DNA of 64,000 bases, taken from NCBI GenBank assembly GCA_016699385.1, contig CP064974.1:532466-596465 (forward strand), written 5' to 3'. The position numbers and the translations under genes are program-made. The notes beneath the pieces are model-generated. The model ran no database searches and was not told the origin of the DNA. It worked only from the letters and a program-made list of their open reading frames with translations. This DNA is from Candidatus Moraniibacteriota bacterium (GTDB lineage Bacteria; Patescibacteriota; Minisyncoccia; Moranbacterales; UBA1568). This document shows, piece by piece, positions 18,301 through 27,608 of this stretch (its first letter is position 1; each line of letters starts with the position of its first letter).

Positions 18301-20691
18301 ATGGTAAGAAAGATTGCTTCGCCAAAAGCGCCAGAAAAAATCGCGCCGACGGCCACTGAAATATCCGTTGCCCGAAACGGTCTCTTGAAGCCGTATGCGG
18401 TGTGTTTTCAGCACCTTCCGGATAACATTGCCCGCGAACCATTAGGAATGCTCGCTGGTGTCATGACAATCAATGATCGAAGTGAGCATTCCGCATATAT
18501 TGTCAATTTCCTTTCTTCACTCGCAAAGAAAGAATATTACGGAAATCCCAGACGAGGTGCCATCGAAAGTTTCGAAGCAGCGCTCCACAAGGTAAATATC
18601 GGACTTGCTGAGCTTGCCAAAGAAGGGAATACCGAATGGATTGGAACACTTGACGCGGCAATCTGCATCATCGAACGAAACAATCTTCACTTCTCGGTCG
18701 CTGGGAACGCAAAAGTTCTTCTCTTTCGCGATCACCATCTTTCCGACATCAGTGAGGGACTCGCCGATTCCGACAACGATCACCCAATGAAAACTTTCAC
18801 TGACGTGGCAAGTGGGAAGATTTCGCCCAGTGACCGCATACTGATTACTACACCGGAGATTTTTTCTATACTCTCAGAAGCCGAGCTCGAGCGATCAGCA
18901 AATAGACTCCCCAGTGACCAATTTGAGCAACTTCTCCAGACAGCGACTATCAATCAACTTGACCTCTCCGCAAGCATACTCATCACCATTGGGACAGTAG
19001 CGGAATATGAGCGAAAACCAGCACCAAAACGCACGCTCGCCACAATTGACTCCGTACCAAACGCCTGGAGTCATGCCATTTTCGAATCTTCGAAACAACA
19101 AGGAAACAGTGTCGAAGACGGTCTCAGAGAAAAAGAAAGGCATGAACAAGATCGCATAGACAACAAAACCGGGCATATTTATGTAACCGGTGAGACTCCG
19201 GGCGAAGAGACGAATGAAACATGGGAACGCGCCCGAATATTTTTTGGAGATGCTCGCGCATCCCTCCAACACACCGGAGCGCACCTTGGAAAAAGATTCC
19301 TCTTCATTCTCATTTCCGGATCCCACAATCTTTGGATTTTTTCTGTAAAGATTGCTTCGAACGCACTCGATGCACTTCGTTCCTGGAACGAAAAAAGACA
19401 CTTATCAAAACTCCCTCAAACAGAAACCGAGCAAACGACTCCAGAAGAACGCCTGTCGAAGAATATCCCCCTTGCCGAGACAAACATTACTTTTACCAAA
19501 GAATTGGGGCGATGGACAGTGTTATCTTCCTCTATTTCAATAAAAACCCGACAAGCCCTCCAAAAATTCCCTCGCCTTTCACTTTTGAAACGAAATACCG
19601 TTCGTATCCCCGTGCAGGGCGAATCAAAAATAGCCCTATTCTTCAAAGCATTCCTTCAAACAGGGACAGTAATATTCTCAAGGAGCGCAAGAGCCTTCTT
19701 CTTCCCCAGAACTTTTTTTAACAACCTCCCTCTTCAAAAACAAAAGATTGCAAAAATAACAGCACTCACACTTCTCTGCATTGTCACATTCTTGCTCTTT
19801 TGGACATTCTTCGCCAAAGACGATTTGACGAAAACAACTGCCGAAGAATCCGCCAACGCTGTAAACGCAACACCTGAAACACCACGAGCGCTTTCTGATG
19901 ATGTCCACATACACTTCATAGAAAATACACCAGTCATTGCCACATTCTCTGATATTGTCAGCATCACACACCTTCAGGAAACCATATTCTTCATAACGAG
20001 AGACGCACTCTATAGCACCGGATCAGACGGAGGAAATGCCATACAAGTCGCCTATCCTCAGGGAGAAACCGCGAGAATGGGAACGGTAATGCCAGCCCTC
20101 AATGCAATCCTCATCCTTACTGAAAGCGGAAACATACTCTTTTTCACACCGTCAACAAACACGTTTGCCGATGAACACTTCACTCTCCCAGACGCTGCCA
20201 ATATTATCAGCATTGCTGCCTCATCCACCTATCTCTACGCCTTAAACCAAACGCAGAATATGCTCTTGCGATATCCACGGACCGAGGGAGGATTTGGCGT
20301 GGCGACAGAGTGGTTCCGGGAACCCATTTCAATACAACCCGAAGCAACACTCGCTGTCAGCGATTCCGTATTCATTGCTGATAGATTGGGAATCCACACG
20401 TATTTCCAAGGTACCGAAAAAACCGAAAACTTTGAGTCTTCAACAACACCAATACTCCCGACAGATATACTTATCATCTCTTCCAAAGAAGGTTCCTCTC
20501 AGATATTCATACTCGATGGCGCTGCAGGACGCATTGTCCGCTACGATGCTTCTACTGGCTCAATTGGAGTGCAATATGCAAGTGACTCTCTTAAAGGAGC
20601 GACTCATTTCACTATCAATCCAACAACACAAACTGCATTTGTATCAGTCGGGAATTCTATCATCATGGTCGACATGGAGATGGCACAGTAA
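18301..20691 (+). CDS. large hypothetical membrane protein (796 aa)
   Basis: Long ORF with a central TM helix (ALTLLCIVTFLLFWTFF). The N-terminal 240 aa are cytoplasmic, followed by a C-terminal extracytoplasmic domain of about 300 aa. No recognisable catalytic motifs. Confidence 0.6.
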   Translation: MVRKIASPKAPEKIAPTATEISVARNGLLKPYAVCFQHLPDNIAREPLGMLAGVMTINDRSEHSAYIVNFLSSLAKKEYYGNPRRGAIESFEAALHKVNIGLAELAKEGNTEWIGTLDAAICIIERNNLHFSVAGNAKVLLFRDHHLSDISEGLADSDNDHPMKTFTDVASGKISPSDRILITTPEIFSILSEAELERSANRLPSDQFEQLLQTATINQLDLSASILITIGTVAEYERKPAPKRTLATIDSVPNAWSHAIFESSKQQGNSVEDGLREKERHEQDRIDNKTGHIYVTGETPGEETNETWERARIFFGDARASLQHTGAHLGKRFLFILISGSHNLWIFSVKIASNALDALRSWNEKRHLSKLPQTETEQTTPEERLSKNIPLAETNITFTKELGRWTVLSSSISIKTRQALQKFPRLSLLKRNTVRIPVQGESKIALFFKAFLQTGTVIFSRSARAFFFPRTFFNNLPLQKQKIAKITALTLLCIVTFLLFWTFFAKDDLTKTTAEESANAVNATPETPRALSDDVHIHFIENTPVIATFSDIVSITHLQETIFFITRDALYSTGSDGGNAIQVAYPQGETARMGTVMPALNAILILTESGNILFFTPSTNTFADEHFTLPDAANIISIAASSTYLYALNQTQNMLLRYPRTEGGFGVATEWFREPISIQPEATLAVSDSVFIADRLGIHTYFQGTEKTENFESSTTPILPTDILIISSKEGSSQIFILDGAAGRIVRYDASTGSIGVQYASDSLKGATHFTINPTTQTAFVSVGNSIIMVDMEMAQ

Positions 20692-20775
20692 AGACCATCA
20701 AAAAAACCGCAACAATTGTATCCTCTCTCGAAAACACGGTGTTGTTATTGTGCGTATATGCAGGAAGAACTGGAA

Positions 20776-21876
20776 TTAAATCTTGCGTCCAGCACAAACA
20801 CGGTCAAGATACAAACGAATCTTTTCCCGAAATAATGAACGGTCAAAGGCAAGTGCCTTCTGACGAATGACATTGGCATCATAATCGGCGTCACGGAATT
20901 TTCGAACCGCTGATACAACGTCGCCAACCGTTTGTTGATTAAAGAACATACCCATTTTCCCTTCCTCGAGATGCTCTGGGATATCCCCGCCGCGAAAAGC
21001 AATAAGAGGTCTCCCAGAAGCAAACGCCTCAAATGCGACGATACCAAAATCTTCTTCCTGAGGGAAAATGAATGCCCGACACGCACTATAATAGCGGGGC
21101 AAATCGGCATCCGACACACGTCCCAAAAACTCAATTGTCGGTCCGGAAAGCTTCCTCAACCGATTATACTCCGGACCGCGCCCAATAATCTTCAGTGGAA
21201 GACGAAGCTCATTGAACGCCCGAATAGCAATGTCGTGCCGCTTATAAGCAATGAGTCTCCCTACCATGAGGAAATAGTCTGATCGCTCAGATAGAGGCAG
21301 TAGACCAAATGCATGTACATCAACTGGTGGATGAATAACTTCTGCCGAACGGCGATAGTACTTCGCTATCCGGGTAGCGACAAAGCGAGAATTCGCAATG
21401 ATGTGATCCGGTCTACTCGCACTCACCTGATCCCACAAACGGACAGGACTCATAAAAAACGGCACCGTCCGCTTCACAATACGAGGGAAACCGAAGTCTT
21501 CGACATACTTATGGCAGTCATCCCACGCATAGCGCATTGGTGTATGCATATAGCACACATGCAGCGTATTGGGACCCGTAATAATACCCTTGGCATAGCT
21601 CGATGAATCAGAAATGACCAAATCAAAATCCCGAAAATCGAACTGCTCAATGGCAAGTGGCATAAGCATAGGGAAAAGCCGATGATTCCGCTTTGCCCAA
21701 GGAACTCTCTGAAGAAATGATGTTTGGATATCGTGATCTTCAAAGGCACCGTGCATCGCCTCCCTATCATGAATGAGCGTAAAAATCGGTGCCTCCGGAA
21801 ACATATCCGCAAACACCTCGAGCACTCGCTCAGCTCCTCCATGCTGAACCAAATAATCATGCACCAACGCCACTTT
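20776..21876 (-). CDS. glycosyltransferase family 1 (GT4)
   Basis: N-terminal MKVALVHDYLVQHGGAERV and the C-terminal EEDFGIVAFEAFASGRPLIA (E-x7-E motif). Confidence 0.85.
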   Translation of the reverse strand, partial: KVALVHDYLVQHGGAERVLEVFADMFPEAPIFTLIHDREAMHGAFEDHDIQTSFLQRVPWAKRNHRLFPMLMPLAIEQFDFRDFDLVISDSSSYAKGIITGPNTLHVCYMHTPMRYAWDDCHKYVEDFGFPRIVKRTVPFFMSPVRLWDQVSASRPDHIIANSRFVATRIAKYYRRSAEVIHPPVDVHAFGLLPLSERSDYFLMVGRLIAYKRHDIAIRAFNELRLPLKIIGRGPEYNRLRKLSGPTIEFLGRVSDADLPRYYSACRAFIFPQEEDFGIVAFEAFASGRPLIAFRGGDIPEHLEEGKMGMFFNQQTVGDVVSAVRKFRDADYDANVIRQKALAFDRSLFREKIRLYLDRVCAGRKI

Positions 21877-21903
21877 CATACAGCAAATATTCTCACGCAT
21901 CCA

Positions 21904-22254
21904 TCACAATTCATCCTGTCTCCGAAATGCTCGACCAAACACCCATCCAAGAAGAGAAAAAAGAAATGCTCCTAAAAGCGCGGCACCAAACGATGTCACC
22001 TGAAATCCCGACACCATTTGAGAAAGCAGCCAGAAGAGAAAACCGTTCACAACAAATGTAAAGAGTCCCAAAGTAAGAATCGTCACTGGAAGCGTAAGGA
22101 GAAGGAGAATCGGTCGAATCGTAATACCGATACACCCCCACAAAAGCGCCAACCACAATGCTGTCCCAAAATCGCGAACCCCGATACCCGGCACAATATT
22201 TGCAATCATCAAAAACAACACAGCATTCACAATCCACAATGCAAAAAGGCGCAT
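21904..22254 (-). CDS. YvlD/DUF360 family 4-TM membrane protein (phage holin 4_2-like)
   Basis: WIVNAVLFLMIANIVPGIGVRDFGTALWLALLWGCIGITIRPILLLLTLPVTILTLGLF matches the YvlD family consensus. Confidence 0.75.
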   Translation of the reverse strand: MRLFALWIVNAVLFLMIANIVPGIGVRDFGTALWLALLWGCIGITIRPILLLLTLPVTILTLGLFTFVVNGFLFWLLSQMVSGFQVTSFGAALLGAFLFSLLGWVFGRAFRRQDEL

Positions 22255-22330
22255 AAGGAAAATGTAAAAAAGAAATATACGTCTCTAGTATAAACGAAAA
22301 ATCCAGTACCTCAAAGAAACTAAGAGAAAA

Positions 22331-22360
22331 CAAAAAAACCGCCCAATGTATGTCTGGACG
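22331..22360 (-). terminator. intrinsic terminator downstream of rplU
   Basis: Minus-sense CCGUCCA-9nt-UGGGCGG stem followed by U7. Confidence 0.55.
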
Positions 22361-22391
22361 GCTTTATGAAAGACAGGCGAGATAAAAAACG

Positions 22392-22706
22392 TTATGAAGT
22401 AGCAATCTTCGTCACTTCGACTTCCGTATAAGACTGACGATGACCAAACTTCATCTTGTATCGTTTCTTCGGCTTATGTTTGATACCCCACACTTTGTCA
22501 GCACGTCCCTGCTCCGCAATTTTGGCAGACACAGAGGCTTTCGAGACAAAAGGAGTCCCCACCTGTACCGATTCTTCATCCCCCACCAAGAGTACCTCGG
22601 AAAAGGTAATCACATCGCCCGCACTACCCTCAAGCTTCTCCACGCGAAGCTTTTCGCCTTCGAGCGCTCGATACTGCTTCCCTCCCGTTTTGATAATAGC
22701 AATCAT
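22392..22706 (-). CDS. rplU: 50S ribosomal protein L21
   Basis: MIAIIKTGGKQYRALEGEKLRVEKL...GHRQSYTEVEVTKI matches the L21 consensus along its full length. Confidence 0.9.
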   Translation of the reverse strand: MIAIIKTGGKQYRALEGEKLRVEKLEGSAGDVITFSEVLLVGDEESVQVGTPFVSKASVSAKIAEQGRADKVWGIKHKPKKRYKMKFGHRQSYTEVEVTKIATS

Positions 22707-22759
22707 AGTATGTTCCTAAGACAAAGCAAGATTCACTTTACTCAAGAATGCGCAATTTG

Positions 22760-24640
22760 TCAAACGGCATCCTCCAAAATCGCTTTCACTCGACGAACAC
22801 CCGCCGAAGAGGCTTCTTCCTTGATAATCCGGAAATGCCCCATATCACTCGTATTACCAACATGCGGGCCACCACACAACTCCGCAGAATACACCGTGCC
22901 ACCCACACTTTTCACGCGATAAACCGTCACTCTTTCCGGATATTTCTCCCAGAAGCTTCCCTCAACACCCGCCGCGCGTGCCGCCTCTTTATCCATGATA
23001 TCTGTTCCAACGGTACATTTCGCCCGTATCGCCTCGTTCACATAGACTTCAACCTGGTCAAGCACCTCGCGCGAAACCTTCTCCGGATAGGTAAAGTCAA
23101 ATCGCGCCCGCTCCTCGGTAATATTCGATCCCGCCTGATGTACACCGTCTCCCAAGAATTTCCGCAGTCCCGCAAGCATCAAGTGCGTCGCTGTGTGCAG
23201 TTTCGTCGTCTTCTCGCTTGTATCAGCAAGCCCGCCCTTGAATTTCCCTGCCGATGCCGTTCGAGACAAATCCTGATGCCGCTTGAATTCTTTGCGAAAT
23301 TCCACTTCATCAACCTTCAATCCGCGTTCCTCGAGCATCTCTTGCGTCATCTCAAGTGGAAATCCATACGTCGAGAAGAGCTCAAAGGCGTCTTTCCCCG
23401 AAATACTCCCTTCCGCAGACCGTTTCTCAAGTTCCTTCATGCCCTGCTCCAAAGTTCTCCGAAACTTCTGTTCCTCCTGTTCACATTCACGCAAAATCAT
23501 CTCCTGCTTCTCTTTCAAGGCGACATACGATTCTCCATAGGTTTCGACATATGCTGCTGCCACATCTTTTACAAAAGACTCGCAAATGCCGATATTTTTT
23601 GCAAATCGCACCGCGCGACGAATCAATCGTCGCACAAAGTATCCTTGATCCTTATTCGACGGCACGACACCATCGGTAATGAGAAACGTTGCTGCTCGCA
23701 CATGATCAAGGATAACACGAAACGCATAGGTATCCTTTTCATCTTCTCCATACCGCTTCCCAGAGAGTTTTTCAAGAATACTGCGCGCACCATCAAAGAT
23801 GTCGATGAGAAACACGTCCGGATTGTCATTAACCGCTGCTGCCATCCTCTCAAGTCCGCCGCCGAAGTCCACATTGGGCTTAGGAAGTTTCTGAAATCCG
23901 CTATCTGTCTTCACATATTCCATGAAGACATTGTTGCCAATCTCGACAAATCGTCCGCAGTCACAGTTCACATGGCACGGCATATCTTTCCACAAAGATG
24001 CTTCATGCAGATGAAGTTGCTCACCAAAATCCCAGAACATTTCTGTGTCCGGTCCGCCTGGCTCGCCCGTAGGCATATTTTCCGGCGCACCAACACGTGA
24101 CCACCAGTTCTTTTTGTCGCCATAGTAGAAGATTCTCCCCTCCTGGAGACCATGCTCCTCCGCATTGTCAATAATACTCACCGAGACACCCGACTGTTCG
24201 AGCAACTCTTTCCATATATATGCTGCTTCCTCATCCCGAGGAATACCAAGTTGCGCATTGCCACCGTGACACGTAAAGGAGAGCCGTGCCGGATCAAGCC
24301 CAAGTTCTTCCGTCAAAAATTCCCACATCCAGGCAATTTGTTCCCGCTTAAAATAGTCACCAAATGACCAATTGCCGAGCATCTCAAAAAATGTCGTGTG
24401 ACGATTATCGCCCACTTCCTCGATATCTTGACTCCGGAAACACTTCTGCGAATCAGTAAGTCGTGCCCCCAAAGAATGCCGCTCTCCAAGAAGGTATGGC
24501 ACCATAGGTTGCATGCCGCTCCCTGTAAAGAGTGTTGTCGGATCGTTTTCCGGGACAAGCGACGAAGAAGGCACGATAGCGTGCCCCCTCTTCTCAAAAA
24601 ACCGAAGATACTTTTCACGTATTTCTTGCGTAGTCATCAT
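22760..24640 (-). CDS. alaS: alanine--tRNA ligase (short form, lacks C-terminal C-Ala domain)
   Basis: N-terminal FFEKRGHAIVPSSSLVPENDPTTLFTGSGMQ (class II motifs), HxxxH...CGGPH editing-domain motifs. At 626 aa it is about 250 aa shorter than canonical AlaRS. Confidence 0.9.
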   Translation of the reverse strand: MMTTQEIREKYLRFFEKRGHAIVPSSSLVPENDPTTLFTGSGMQPMVPYLLGERHSLGARLTDSQKCFRSQDIEEVGDNRHTTFFEMLGNWSFGDYFKREQIAWMWEFLTEELGLDPARLSFTCHGGNAQLGIPRDEEAAYIWKELLEQSGVSVSIIDNAEEHGLQEGRIFYYGDKKNWWSRVGAPENMPTGEPGGPDTEMFWDFGEQLHLHEASLWKDMPCHVNCDCGRFVEIGNNVFMEYVKTDSGFQKLPKPNVDFGGGLERMAAAVNDNPDVFLIDIFDGARSILEKLSGKRYGEDEKDTYAFRVILDHVRAATFLITDGVVPSNKDQGYFVRRLIRRAVRFAKNIGICESFVKDVAAAYVETYGESYVALKEKQEMILRECEQEEQKFRRTLEQGMKELEKRSAEGSISGKDAFELFSTYGFPLEMTQEMLEERGLKVDEVEFRKEFKRHQDLSRTASAGKFKGGLADTSEKTTKLHTATHLMLAGLRKFLGDGVHQAGSNITEERARFDFTYPEKVSREVLDQVEVYVNEAIRAKCTVGTDIMDKEAARAAGVEGSFWEKYPERVTVYRVKSVGGTVYSAELCGGPHVGNTSDMGHFRIIKEEASSAGVRRVKAILEDAV

Positions 24641-24667
24641 AAAAACGAAAGGTGAAAGTAAGAGGGG

Positions 24668-24919
24668 TTAAGCATAATCAATTTTCTTCTGCAAATTTCT
24701 AACCTCAGCAGGACTCAAATAAATTTTGAACTGCTTAAGAATATCTGCTATATTCTGTCCTAAATTTTCCCGCTGTATATCTTTTTTCTCAAAAGAAGAG
24801 CCGAGAGTAAACATTTTCCCATCAAAAAAACTACAAGCATCCTCGATATTTTTCCTCTGATCAGGCGTAAGAAATTCCTCTGTGATACTTTGAATTTTTC
24901 TTCGATCGATATAGCCCAT
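24668..24919 (-). CDS. hypothetical small protein (83 aa)
   Basis: ORF only. Hydrophilic, no recognised motif. Confidence 0.35.
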   Translation of the reverse strand: MGYIDRRKIQSITEEFLTPDQRKNIEDACSFFDGKMFTLGSSFEKKDIQRENLGQNIADILKQFKIYLSPAEVRNLQKKIDYA

Positions 24920-25011
24920 AAAAACAATCCAAGGAGTTACTATTACAAACTATACAAACTAAACTGGAGAGCTACCAAGGGAGAAAGATTTGGAATCAGA
25001 CAGTTTCTCCA

Positions 25012-25461
25012 TCAGATACCTACCAATCGCTTCTTTGCGAGACGGATATTTTCTTCCAGCGTGCGAAGCTCCACTTCATCCTTCTTCGCCTGTATTTCAG
25101 CACGCTCAATCTCTACCTGGATACGACGAAGTTCCGTCCGAAGCTTGCGAAGAGCGAGATCTCGATCCGTCTTCTGACGATTGAGCTTGAGCCGGTCACT
25201 GTAAAAAAGAGACAAATCGGACTCAACACGACGAATAGCCGCCTTCCGTTCATCGGGAGAAAGCGCCTTCCCATGTATATCCGGTCGAGCGGTAATCCGT
25301 GGTCCAAAGAGCGACATAATACCCAGAAAATCAAGAGAAAACAAGAGACCAATCGACACTTCCCAACTTCCCAATAGAATATCGGGAATTCCCATGAAAT
25401 GCAAGCAAACATCACATCCCACCCGTCGCCGTTTCCACGTGCACCGATACTTGCGAAGCAC
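25012..25461 (-). CDS. hypothetical protein with TM segment and C-terminal coiled coil
   Basis: ORF only. LRKLRTELRRIQVEIERAEIQAKKDEVELRTLEENIRLAKK is a heptad-rich coiled coil. Confidence 0.35.
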   Translation of the reverse strand: MLRKYRCTWKRRRVGCDVCLHFMGIPDILLGSWEVSIGLLFSLDFLGIMSLFGPRITARPDIHGKALSPDERKAAIRRVESDLSLFYSDRLKLNRQKTDRDLALRKLRTELRRIQVEIERAEIQAKKDEVELRTLEENIRLAKKRLVGI

Positions 25462-27574
25462 GACTCGGAATACGACTTGTCATAAACTTTGGCCAGAAAA
25501 CCACTTCGATTTTCTGAATATTGGGATAGTCAGCAAAAACAGCCTGCACATCACCCACGCTTTTACCAAGAATATTTTCTTTAATACGTTCAATATCCAT
25601 CTTCTGACCTTTTTCAAATGAAACCCGAGCTTTTATACCAAGCAGCTTCGCAGTGAAATCAGGATGTGGGATTGTATATTCCACATGGACGTCCTCAGGC
25701 TTCGCCCCCTCACCCAAGAGCGCTGCCGCAACGGTACGGACATCGGATTCCGAAAAAACCAAAGCACGTGCAGACACATGTATGCGAAAGTCGAAACTCG
25801 ACGCGACTGCCCCCACACTCGGAAAGGCATCCGAAGAAAGCGTTTCCGAAAGTATCGCATCATCTAAAAGCTTTTCTCCTGGCTGAAGATCTTTTTCCAA
25901 TTCATTGCGAAGCGACTCTGGAAGCGCTTTGAGTGCCGCATCCTTCGCACGAGCGACATCGTCTGCTGAAACAGAAGCAACTGCCCCCTCACCCTCGCCT
26001 CCACCCGAAAAGGCATGCACAGACGATGCCGATATTTTCTCATACTTTGGACCCCCCTTTAAGCCAGGAATGGTGAATGTCGTTGAATCAATATTGTATT
26101 CCTTGCCCGAAGCATCAGCAACTACTTCCGCATCGATCGTCCCGGGAATTATTTTCCCGTCAACTTCTTTCGTACCGGGAATAGTCACACCCTTGGCAAG
26201 ACGGAAAATTTTCCCATCAGGAGACTCAAATCGCGTCGTCGCCACGAGAGATTGCGGACTGCTTCCAAATGTATTTGAAATGGTAATCATACCTCGAGCG
26301 CGCTTATCAGACACCGATGCCTGTCCGGTACTTGGAAACGACTGAACGATGTCCTTCTCCGCTTCCACAACGCGAAGCGGTATATATTTCCCTGAGACGT
26401 CAACACTTTCTTGATCCGCTCGTGCTGATATTTCCACATCAAGAGAAGTGGAAAGCTCTTTCGCAATGACGGTCACATCCGCACGCGGAACAAAAATAAC
26501 AATTGCCACACCAAGTGCCGCCAACAAAGAAAGCGCCCCTCCTCCAAGTAAAATCCATCGAAAGGCATGTGAGTCAGAGTGTCTCTGGGAAGAAGCATCA
26601 GCAGACTCAGTCGCTCCTACCGACTGAGTCGGCGTATCCTTCCGATAGAAACGCGAGAGCGCTCCCTGATCAGGAGATGATGTCTGCTGAGGCAGAACAG
26701 AACCCGGAGAAGGCGAGAATTGTTCATTATTCAAAGGCTGTGGAACAGACTGCAAAGGCGACGGCGAAAGTGGCGTGGTCGGCGCTGGGAAAGTAAACGA
26801 TACTCTTGAGGCAGCATCCGAAGCTGGCTTTGAGGAAAGCGTTCTTTCCGGCATCCGATTCACTCCGCCCGGCTTCTGAGAAATATTGGAACGAGAAGGA
26901 GGTTCCACAGGAGGTAGTTCCGGCGAGGGCGAAGGGGGAGCACTCGACACAGAATTCAGCGCCGTTAATCGCTTCGGAGTCCGATCGCGAACAGGAACTG
27001 ATCGAGGTATCGGCGTTGCAGCTATCGTATTTGAATCCGGCAAACGCAGGGGAACAACCGGCCGAGGAAGAGGCGTGGGATTCTCATCGACCGGACGAGG
27101 AGCAACATCAGCTCTCGGTCCATTTACAGCAAAAAAACTCGATGACCCGATAGATTCAGAATGGAGCCGCGATCCACCCGGAGGAGATACAAGCTGCTCA
27201 GAAGCCGGAAATTGTCCCGACTGAGATTGAGGAAGTCGCGCTGGAAGCGATGGTTTCGCCGACTGATTAATACCCGGAATTCCCTCAAGAGAACCTCTTG
27301 ATTCAATACCAGCCTTCTGAGCAAGCGATCGTCCCTCTTCATCTGGAGTCACAAGACAGAGACGTTTTCCAAGTTTCTTCGCTTCACGCTCGAGAAGACG
27401 AAGGTTGACGAGACTTCGCACAAACAAAGCACGCTTCGGCACAACAAAGAACACATCCGCTTCCGAGGCTTTCCGGAGCCGACTAATCACGGAGATAATC
27501 TCTTCATCCGGATCAATGTAAGCGAGATGTGACATAAAATTATTGTGAGAATTTTGTTTTTGAGAACCTTTCAT
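25412..27574 (-). CDS. large hypothetical membrane protein (720 aa) with cytoplasmic N-domain, Pro/Ser-rich linker, TM, and extracytoplasmic C-domain
   Basis: Long ORF with a central TM (WILLGGGALSLLAALGVAIVIFVP) and a Pro/Ser-rich low-complexity region of about 200 aa before it. No known domain recognised. Confidence 0.6.
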   Translation of the reverse strand: MKGSQKQNSHNNFMSHLAYIDPDEEIISVISRLRKASEADVFFVVPKRALFVRSLVNLRLLEREAKKLGKRLCLVTPDEEGRSLAQKAGIESRGSLEGIPGINQSAKPSLPARLPQSQSGQFPASEQLVSPPGGSRLHSESIGSSSFFAVNGPRADVAPRPVDENPTPLPRPVVPLRLPDSNTIAATPIPRSVPVRDRTPKRLTALNSVSSAPPSPSPELPPVEPPSRSNISQKPGGVNRMPERTLSSKPASDAASRVSFTFPAPTTPLSPSPLQSVPQPLNNEQFSPSPGSVLPQQTSSPDQGALSRFYRKDTPTQSVGATESADASSQRHSDSHAFRWILLGGGALSLLAALGVAIVIFVPRADVTVIAKELSTSLDVEISARADQESVDVSGKYIPLRVVEAEKDIVQSFPSTGQASVSDKRARGMITISNTFGSSPQSLVATTRFESPDGKIFRLAKGVTIPGTKEVDGKIIPGTIDAEVVADASGKEYNIDSTTFTIPGLKGGPKYEKISASSVHAFSGGGEGEGAVASVSADDVARAKDAALKALPESLRNELEKDLQPGEKLLDDAILSETLSSDAFPSVGAVASSFDFRIHVSARALVFSESDVRTVAAALLGEGAKPEDVHVEYTIPHPDFTAKLLGIKARVSFEKGQKMDIERIKENILGKSVGDVQAVFADYPNIQKIEVVFWPKFMTSRIPSRASQVSVHVETATGGM

Positions 27575-27608
27575 CAGACTCTTTCCGACGTATCACCAAA
27601 GAAAGCGA

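Noticed and set aside
22748-24100. Plus-strand 450-aa ORF, and other long antisense ORFs (e.g. 927..1667, 27762..28517, 29563..30369, 36058..36549, 39602..40609, 41510..42115, 43289..44056)
   Set aside because: All lie antisense within genes that have unambiguous conserved motifs (alaS, secD, ftsA, pfkB, ftsI, pepA, rarA, xth). Their translations are Arg/His/Cys-rich low-complexity strings with no motifs.
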